Part shown: piece by piece, positions 58,319 to 64,000 of the stretch
How positions within the stretch are numbered: the first letter of the stretch is position 1
Layout of the letters: each line of letters starts with the position of its first letter
DNA from: an uncultured bacterium
Lineage (GTDB): Bacteria; Patescibacteriota; JABMPQ01; CAVVCK01
DNA length: 64,000 nt
Assembly: GCA_963746775.1 (NCBI GenBank)
Contig: CAVVCK010000001.1
Span: forward strand, 147,050 to 211,049
Direction of reading: 5' to 3'
Position numbers and translations under genes: made by a program
Notes under the pieces: generated by a model
Database searches by the model: none
The model's input: the letters and a program-made list of their open reading frames with translations, nothing else
Told to the model about the DNA's origin: nothing

Positions 58319-58810
58319 CTAACCATTTATTTTCACCTTCGCTGCCCTAATCACCTTCTCACCCATCTTATAACCCTTTACTACTTCCTCCACAATTATA
58401 TCTTTCTCTCCATCCTCTGATTCTACTTTCTCTATTGCTTCATGAATTTCCGGATTAAATTTCTCCCCCACTGTTTTTAATTCTTCAACTCCATTATTTT
58501 TTAATACGTTCTCAAATTGGTCTTTGATATATCTTATGCCTATTGCCCAATTATTATTTTCTAAATCTTTTGGTAATGATTTATAGGCGCTTTGGAAATT
58601 ATCTAGGATTGGCAGTATTTCTAAAATCAGATTCTCACTGGCATATTGAACTAATTCTTTTTTATCTTCTTCTGATCTTTTTTTATAATTTTCATAATCA
58701 GCTAAAGCGCGCTTCCAACCATTCATGTTTTCTTCTGCTTTTTCTTGCAATACTCCGATTTCACTTTGCTTATCTTCCTTTTTCTCTTTTTTTAATTTTT
58801 TCTTTGGCAT
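58319..58810 (-). CDS. grpE: Nucleotide exchange factor GrpE
   Basis: Coiled-coil N-terminus and C-terminal beta domain; ..NYKKRSEEDKKELVQYASENLILEILPILDNF..; 163 aa. Confidence 0.9.
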   Translation of the reverse strand: MPKKKLKKEKKEDKQSEIGVLQEKAEENMNGWKRALADYENYKKRSEEDKKELVQYASENLILEILPILDNFQSAYKSLPKDLENNNWAIGIRYIKDQFENVLKNNGVEELKTVGEKFNPEIHEAIEKVESEDGEKDIIVEEVVKGYKMGEKVIRAAKVKING

Positions 58811-58874
58811 ATTTTATTATTTAATTTGCATCATTTGTATATTCGCTGAATTTGCATATATTCGTAAATTCGTA

Positions 58875-59615
58875 TTATAAATTAACTAAAAATATAAAGA
58901 CAAATCCACCACCAGCTAAAACTTTGACTAAATAATTAATCAGTGAAATGTTTCTGTCATACTTCATCCTTTTTGGTCCCACTAGCGCAATAAATCCTCT
59001 ATCATTGCCTTTTTTAAAATTAGATATAACCATAGAACAATTCTCCGCCTCGACCAAAGGATTTTCCTGACCAATATAAATCTGCACTTCCTTATCTCTT
59101 GCTACCTCTGATACCCTGTCTATATTATCATCTATAAAATCGCACAATGAAGCCACGCCACAAAAATCATTCGATCGGCTAAATTCCGGTTCTTTTAATA
59201 ATTCAGAAATGCCGCAATTATATATTTCTTTTTTCTTAATTATCGTCGAGATAGCTAGGCCTCCCGTTTCTGAAGCTAGAATTTTAGTAATAGTCTTCGT
59301 TGTCTCTCCATATCTATTTTTATACTCTACAATTTTCTTTTTTAAAATATATTCTTCCTGGCCTTCAATGTCTCTTTTCTTCATTAATCTATCAATATAA
59401 TAGCGATAACCTCTATCGGAAGGTATGCGGCCGGCGGATGTATGCGGCTGTTCTAAAAATCCTTCTTCTTCCAAATCTAGCATTTCGTTACGTAGCGTAG
59501 CTGTAGATAAATCAAATTTATGTTTTTTTTGTAAAATTGAAGAAGAAACAGGCGCTTTTCTGTCTATATAATCAGATATAATAGATTTTAAAATTTCCTC
59601 TTTTCTTTTATTCAT
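58875..59615 (-). CDS. hrcA: Heat-inducible transcription repressor HrcA (short form)
   Basis: N-terminal wHTH (RKEEILKSIISDYIDRKAPVSSSIL..TLRNEMLDLEEEGFLEQPHTSAGRIPSDRGYRYYID); 246 aa; CIRCE upstream. Confidence 0.85.
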   Translation of the reverse strand: MNKRKEEILKSIISDYIDRKAPVSSSILQKKHKFDLSTATLRNEMLDLEEEGFLEQPHTSAGRIPSDRGYRYYIDRLMKKRDIEGQEEYILKKKIVEYKNRYGETTKTITKILASETGGLAISTIIKKKEIYNCGISELLKEPEFSRSNDFCGVASLCDFIDDNIDRVSEVARDKEVQIYIGQENPLVEAENCSMVISNFKKGNDRGFIALVGPKRMKYDRNISLINYLVKVLAGGGFVFIFLVNL

Positions 59616-59703
59616 TTTTATGTTATCTTTTTAAGGATTAGCAAGTTTCAACTTGTACTCATATTCTAAGCGCGAACTAAAGTTCGCTAATCCTATAAAA
59701 TCA

Positions 59704-59730
59704 TTAGCACTCAACATATCCGAGTGCTAA
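59704..59730. promoter_or_regulatory. CIRCE operator (HrcA binding site)
   Basis: TTAGCACTC-aacatatcc-GAGTGCTAA, a perfect 9-N9-9 match to the CIRCE consensus; 89 nt upstream of hrcA. Confidence 0.9.
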
Positions 59731-59762
59731 TTTTATTTTATTATTTTAATAAATAGTGTCAA
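59731..59762 (-). promoter_or_regulatory. Candidate sigma-70 promoter for the hrcA-grpE-dnaK-dnaJ operon, directly upstream of CIRCE
   Basis: Minus strand: TTGACA (59762-59757), about 16-nt spacer, TAAAAT, then 4 nt, then CIRCE. Confidence 0.4.
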
Positions 59763-60056
59763 GGGAATTTATTTAAATTATATCAAAGTAAAGTGAATCT
59801 GCTAGATAAAAATTATCTATTTTTTGTTTATTTTTAGGCAAAATAACCATTTTAACTTGACATTTACCCCTAAATTATGCTTGACTTTTTTGTACGGTGT
59901 TTTACAGTATAAGTGAAAAGTTGTTTAGACTTTTATTTTGAAAGATGCATATATATTTCAATTTTAAATGAATTGAAATGTAGAATGTTCCTTCAAAACT
60001 TTTTTCTGAAACACAACAACAATTCCTCTTTTAAAAGAGGGGTAGGGAGATTTACT

Positions 60057-61400
60057 ATGGAACCCAAGGTTGGCGATATCATCAATAATAAGTATGAACT
60101 GATCAGGGAACTTGGCAGCGGAAGTATGGGAGTGGTATTCCTGGCCATCCACCAGCTCTTGAGGGCTCGTGTGGCCATCAAGTTCATCAATTCAGAGTTG
60201 GTACAGAATAAGGAGGCTAGGAGACGCTTCCTTTTGGAAGCACAAATCGGGGCAGAGATTAAACACCCCGGAGTAGTGTCTGTTTCAGACATCGAGGCAA
60301 ATGGGTACATCTTCATTGTGATGGAGTACCTCGAAGGCAGGGGTCTCGATAAAATTATTAATGAAAAAGGCTGTATTGTTGAAATTGAGTTTGCTATTGA
60401 TGTAACGATACAAATCCTGCGTGCACTCCTTGTGGTGCACGAAAAAGGGATTATCCATCGTGATCTCAAACCGGAAAACATCTTCATCACAGAAGGTGGT
60501 GAAGTCAAAATTATGGATTTCGGGATCGCCAAGGCTAGATCGGCAGCCCTCGCCACTACACATGAGCTGACCAGCGTTGGGACAATCAATGGGACCCCCC
60601 ATTATATGTCCCCGGAACAGTGCTGCGGTTCAAAGAGCATCAACCATCAAACCGATATCTGGTCGGTAGGCATCATGCTCTACGAGATGCTTACGGGGTG
60701 TTTCCCCTACATAGGGGACACTTCTAGCGATATTATAAATAGAATCCTTGACGGGGGAACCAATCCCCCTAAGGCTCTAAATCCGACTATTTCAGAAGGA
60801 CTCGAAAGAGTCATTCTGAAGGCAATGGAACCGGTACCGCAAAAACGGTACCAGAGTGCCAAGGAGTTCTTGGTCGACCTCGAGAGTCTTGAAGAACATC
60901 CTGCCTATACACCTCCTCCTCCGACGCCTACGACCACCGTACACGAGGCCGAAACGGTTATCGTGCAAAAGGTCGACGACTCAGAACCAAAAAAAAAGCA
61001 CTGGAGACTTCCTGTGACAATCGCTATCGCCGTTCTGATCATCGGTGCTTTCACGGGATGGTTCATCTCTCAACCTCAACCTTCTACTGAACCTCAAGTC
61101 ACTGATCCAACTCCAACGAAAGTTGTTGAATCTACACCCGTCGCTCAAGCTCAAGCTGAACCGGAACCACCCGCTCCGCCTGAGAAAGCTACACCTCCGC
61201 CTGAACCCGAACCTCAGCCAAGCGCCGAAGCAACAGCCGAACCCACCAAGCGCGCCCCACCTCCCCGACCAGCAAAGCAGGCCACTCCCGAGCCTCGCCG
61301 CCCTCACCCCACTGTCGAAGAGGAGCCACCACCCATCATAGTGGTTCCGCAAAGGCCACCTACTCCTCCCCCCATCATCGTTCTTTCTCAAAGAAGGTAG
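60057..61400 (+). CDS. Hanks-type Ser/Thr protein kinase with TM helix and Pro-rich C-terminal extracellular tail
   Basis: GSGSMGVV (Gly loop), VAIKFI (Lys), HRDLKPENIFI, DFGIAKA, GTPHYMSPE; TM WRLPVTIAIAVLIIGAFTGWFI; P/E/T-rich tail. Start taken at ATG 60057 (RBS aGAGGGGtaGGGAG) rather than the ORF-track ATG 59913, which adds 48 AT-rich codons. Confidence 0.85.
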   Translation: MEPKVGDIINNKYELIRELGSGSMGVVFLAIHQLLRARVAIKFINSELVQNKEARRRFLLEAQIGAEIKHPGVVSVSDIEANGYIFIVMEYLEGRGLDKIINEKGCIVEIEFAIDVTIQILRALLVVHEKGIIHRDLKPENIFITEGGEVKIMDFGIAKARSAALATTHELTSVGTINGTPHYMSPEQCCGSKSINHQTDIWSVGIMLYEMLTGCFPYIGDTSSDIINRILDGGTNPPKALNPTISEGLERVILKAMEPVPQKRYQSAKEFLVDLESLEEHPAYTPPPPTPTTTVHEAETVIVQKVDDSEPKKKHWRLPVTIAIAVLIIGAFTGWFISQPQPSTEPQVTDPTPTKVVESTPVAQAQAEPEPPAPPEKATPPPEPEPQPSAEATAEPTKRAPPPRPAKQATPEPRRPHPTVEEEPPPIIVVPQRPPTPPPIIVLSQRR

Positions 61401-61422
61401 ACTAGAGATCCTTCTAGTCTAC
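61397..61422. repeat. 9-bp perfect inverted repeat overlapping the kinase stop codon
   Basis: GTAGACTAG-agatcctt-CTAGTCTAC; not followed by a T-tract. Confidence 0.4.
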
Positions 61423-61497
61423 CAAACCCCTTCAATTACAACTTTAAATATACCCGCCTCTGACGGCGGACAGATAAAATTTACACAAACAAAAAAG

Positions 61498-61532
61498 AGA
61501 CTAAGCAAAATTACAGCTTAGTCTTTTTTTTA
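61498..61532. terminator. Rho-independent terminator between the convergent island genes
   Basis: aaaaaagAGACTAAG-caaaattacag-CTTAGTCT-TTTTTTTT. Confidence 0.6.
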
Positions 61533-61601
61533 TTCTTTTAAATTTTAATTATATATAGAAAGTAATAATAATAAAGGGAAGCCGTGTGTGCGAAAACGCG
61601 G

Positions 61602-62426
61602 CTAAAAGGTGAGAAAGAGCGGTGAGGCGATGGCGAGGGGCTCCCAGTTGGAGGAGGAGTCCTCGCCTTCGGCGTGGGGTGAAGCGCGAGCGCTTCTTCT
61701 TAACCGGTAGGTCTCAACTATCAGTAGGATTGCTCCCACTGCAGCAATACCTAACCCGATAAAGAAACTCGCATCGCCCAAGTCTTGTCGCCAAGACAAA
61801 TGCGACGGATCCTCCTGGAAGCGAACATATTCCGCGATCCAGGAAGGAATACCCACGCCCACCATCCCGGCAAGCCCGATTCCGAGAAGCCCCCACCCTG
61901 CAGGCCAAAAACGGGTATGAGAAGGTGGAGGAGTGGGGAGGTAGGGGGGAGTCCCACTAAACTGAACAGGAGGAGGAATGGGCTCCTCCTCTTCAACCGG
62001 CTCAGGAGAAGTTACGCACTCCTCCTCCAAAGCCTGGATACGTCCTTGGAGATATTCCCTTAAGAACATATCCTCTGCCACCACCCTCACAAGGTCCTCA
62101 GGAGAAAAACCCTCCAAAGCCTCTTGATAAAGAGGAATGGCTTCACACCTCCTTTCTTCCCCGGCCAGCTCCAAACAAGCCGCCTGGTACTGGCGAAGAG
62201 TGGCAAGATTATTCGCCTCACCATCCCCACAAATATCAGCTGCCTCTTGGAGCGACTGGAGGACCCCCTCGATCCTCGAAGGATCCCGACAGTCAACCGG
62301 CACCTGGCCGGCCAGTCGTCGAACCTCGCTCGAAGAACAAGGATTCCTTTCCTCCTCGGCCAAAATGGCCGAGGAATTAAAGAGAACAAAAATAACCGCG
62401 AAAATAACATGCGAAATACGTTCCAT
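61602..62426 (-). CDS. Secreted Cys-containing protein with Pro-rich linker and two C-terminal TM helices (hypothetical)
   Basis: Start taken at MERISHVIFAVIFVLFNSSAILA (signal peptide), which is preceded by AAGGAGGAAGGGACA. The ORF-track start at 62474 adds 16 aa without an RBS. Region with 5 or more Cys; PPVQFSGTPPYLPTPPPS linker; TM helices GWGLLGIGLAGMVGVGI and FFIGLGIAAVGAILLIV. Confidence 0.5.
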   Translation of the reverse strand: MERISHVIFAVIFVLFNSSAILAEEERNPCSSSEVRRLAGQVPVDCRDPSRIEGVLQSLQEAADICGDGEANNLATLRQYQAACLELAGEERRCEAIPLYQEALEGFSPEDLVRVVAEDMFLREYLQGRIQALEEECVTSPEPVEEEEPIPPPVQFSGTPPYLPTPPPSHTRFWPAGWGLLGIGLAGMVGVGIPSWIAEYVRFQEDPSHLSWRQDLGDASFFIGLGIAAVGAILLIVETYRLRRSARASPHAEGEDSSSNWEPLAIASPLFLTF

Positions 62427-62640
62427 TGTCCCTTCCTCCTTGAAATTAGGGCACAATTGCCCAAAAGGGATCAATTTATAATATATATAAATAGTGATTA
62501 TGTCAAGTTTTTTTGATTTTTATTGTTTATATGATCTTTATATATATATTTATTTATAAGAAAATAATAATTAGGTATTTATCCATATTTAGACTATAAA
62601 TACACCCTTTTTTTATAAAAAAATTTATAGAAATAAAAAT

Positions 62641-62661
62641 AGCCTGGAAATAATCCAGGCT
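62641..62661 (-). terminator. Rho-independent terminator downstream of groEL
   Basis: AGCCTGGA-aataa-TCCAGGCT flanked by A- and T-tracts. A second hairpin ACCCGC-caaagaa-GCGGGT lies at 62681-62699. Confidence 0.6.
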
Positions 62662-62728
62662 ATTTTATTATCAATGCCTACCCGCCAAAGAAGCGGGTTA
62701 TCAGCGTTTATTAGTATAACATCAACGC

Positions 62729-64000
62729 TTACATCATTCCCCCCATACCACCCATTCCAGGCATACCACCAGGCATTCCGGCAGGAGCATCACCTTTTTC
62801 TTCTGGCAAGTCAGTAACCACTGCCTCAGTAGTTAGGAACATAGAAGCAATAGAAGCCGCATTTTGCAGGGCTGATCTAGTTACCTTAGTAGGATCAATA
62901 ATTCCAGCTTCAACTAAATCTTCATATCTATCTTTATCAGCGTTATAACCTTCTCTTTGTTTTCTCTTTTTAACTTCAGCTAATATTACTGAACCCTCTC
63001 GTCCAGCGTTATGAGCTATTTGTCTTAATGGCTCTTCTAGCGCTCTTCTTAGAATATTAATACCAGTTTCTTCATCAGCATTAGTAGCTTTTACATCATC
63101 AAGAGCTGAAATAGCGCGAACAAGAGCTACACCACCACCAGGTACTATTCCTTCTTCAATAGCAGCCCGGGTAGCATTAAGTGCATCTTCAGTTCTGTGT
63201 TGTTTTTCTTTTTGCTCTGTCTCAGTGGCTGCTCCAACTTTGATTACGGCTACTCCGCCAGATAATTTAGCTAAACTTTCTTGTAATTTTTCTTTATCAA
63301 AATCGGAATCAGATAATTCAATTTCTTTCTTTATTTGGTCAACTCTCTCTTCGATTTTATTCTTCTTTCCTTTGCCATCGACTACAGTAGTATTTTCTTT
63401 AGAAGATACAATCTTTCTGGCTTGGCCTAACATATTAATTTCAGTATTTTCTAATTTTAAGCCAACTTCTTCAGAAATAACTTGTCCGCCAGTAACAATT
63501 GCTATATCATCTAGCATTTCTTTCTTACGATCACCAAAGCCAGGAGCTTTAATAGCTAGCGTATTAAAAGCGCCGCGCAATTTATTAACAATCAAAGTAG
63601 CTAGTGCTTCCCCTTCAATCTCATCAGCAATAATTACTAAATCTTTCTTGCCAGCTTGAGCTAATTTTTCTAATAAAGGCACAATATCGCTAACTGCCGA
63701 AATCTTTTTATCTGTAATTAAAATATAAGGATCATCGAATGAAGCTTCCATTCTCTCTGAATCAGTAATCATATAAGGAGTAATATAACCTTTATCAAAT
63801 TGCATACCCTCAACTACTTCTTTCTCTATACCAAAGATTTTTGACTCTTCCACAGTAATAACACCTTCATTGCCGACTTCTTCCATAACTTCAGCAATTA
63901 AATCACCGATTCTCTTATCTTTAGCAGAAATAGTAGCTACTTGTGATTTCTCTTCTTTATTAGAAACTTTCTTAGAAATTCTCTTTAGCTCACTAACTAC
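62729..64000 (-). CDS. groEL: Chaperonin GroEL, C-terminal approx. 420 aa (5' end beyond the window)
   Basis: ..[44 protein letters not shown].. with C-terminal [13 protein letters not shown]. The frame stays open to the window edge. Confidence 0.95.
   Translation of the reverse strand, partial: VVSELKRISKKVSNKEEKSQVATISAKDKRIGDLIAEVMEEVGNEGVITVEESKIFGIEKEVVEGMQFDKGYITPYMITDSERMEASFDDPYILITDKKISAVSDIVPLLEKLAQAGKKDLVIIADEIEGEALATLIVNKLRGAFNTLAIKAPGFGDRKKEMLDDIAIVTGGQVISEEVGLKLENTEINMLGQARKIVSSKENTTVVDGKGKKNKIEERVDQIKKEIELSDSDFDKEKLQESLAKLSGGVAVIKVGAATETEQKEKQHRTEDALNATRAAIEEGIVPGGGVALVRAISALDDVKATNADEETGINILRRALEEPLRQIAHNAGREGSVILAEVKKRKQREGYNADKDRYEDLVEAGIIDPTKVTRSALQNAASIASMFLTTEAVVTDLPEEKGDAPAGMPGGMPGMGGMGGMM

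Larger units (their letters stand above)
59990..62480. other. Compositionally anomalous high-G+C segment (putative horizontally acquired DNA, or a chimeric join) carrying two convergent genes
   Basis: Hand-counted 60-nt stretches give 43%, 57% and 63% G+C, against 18-30% elsewhere. Both genes have GGAGG-type RBSs. Many spurious long ORFs appear in alternate frames, as expected for GC-rich DNA. The flanks and the internal spacer are AT-rich like the host. Confidence 0.5.

Noticed and set aside
59913-60056. ORF-track start of the kinase at ATG 59913 (48 extra N-terminal residues)
   Set aside because: The extension is AT-rich like the host and has no kinase-like sequence. ATG 60057 is preceded by a GGAGG-like RBS and coincides with the composition shift.
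59993-62516. Numerous overlapping ORFs in alternate frames within the high-GC segment (59993..60589, 60285..60602, 60981..61391, 61045..61341, 61714..61908, 61751..61996, 61785..62063, 62087..62464, 62124..62516, 62137..62481)
   Set aside because: GC-rich DNA is poor in stop codons. These lie inside or antisense to the kinase and the Cys-rich protein genes, which have clear motifs and RBSs.

Overview
This is an AT-rich window with few Shine-Dalgarno sites and compact gene spacing, typical of a reduced genome. Hand counts of 60-nt stretches give roughly 18-30% G+C. The composition and gene content (many N/K-rich low-complexity proteins, shortened aminoacyl-tRNA synthetases) suggest a Patescibacteria/CPR-like bacterium. 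This is inference from sequence alone.

Nearly all genes are on the minus strand. Most of the window is housekeeping:
- Peptidoglycan and cell shape: a WecA/TagO-like transferase, murI, alr, folD, pbp2-mreD-mreC-mreB, a second mreB paralog, murA, glmS followed by a yvcK/glmR-like gene, and an ftsA-like gene.
- Translation: serS, lysS, proS, alaS, frr, mnmA, a MiaB-family methylthiotransferase, and the infA-rpmJ-rpsM-rpsK-rpsD-rpoA-rplQ-rplM-rpsI cluster. rpmJ is not in the ORF track but is present.
- Others: greA, rseP, holB, an ECF sigma factor with a putative anti-sigma partner, an ABC transporter, a sat/cysC-cysQ PAPS module, tRNA-Lys(UUU), and hrcA-grpE-dnaK-dnaJ with a perfect CIRCE operator and the 3' part of groEL.

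Outside the housekeeping genes, the points most worth a second look are:
1. A ~2.5 kb compositionally foreign segment (45-63% G+C in sampled stretches) between the hrcA promoter region and groEL. It carries a Hanks-type Ser/Thr kinase and a convergent Cys-rich secreted membrane protein, both with strong GGAGG ribosome-binding sites.
2. An orphan module with a soluble VirD4/TraG-like coupling-protein ATPase and a membrane protein. The ATPase gene and a small coiled-coil gene nearby are each preceded by the same conserved ~45-nt element.
3. A tRNA-Lys gene with a partial 5' duplicate about 210 nt away that carries a 24-nt hairpin insertion. Next to it is a small ORF with a textbook promoter and ribosome-binding site.
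4. A LysRS with a C-terminal HD-domain extension.
5. A degraded cutA remnant overlapping the end of a RibL-like gene.
6. A regulator with a sigma region-4 HTH followed by a HARE-HTH domain.
7. A bactofilin-like beta-helix repeat protein bounded by transmembrane segments.
8. MurA with Asp in place of the fosfomycin-target Cys.

No CRISPR array, rRNA or transposase was seen. All functional calls come from motif recognition by eye and have not been checked against databases.
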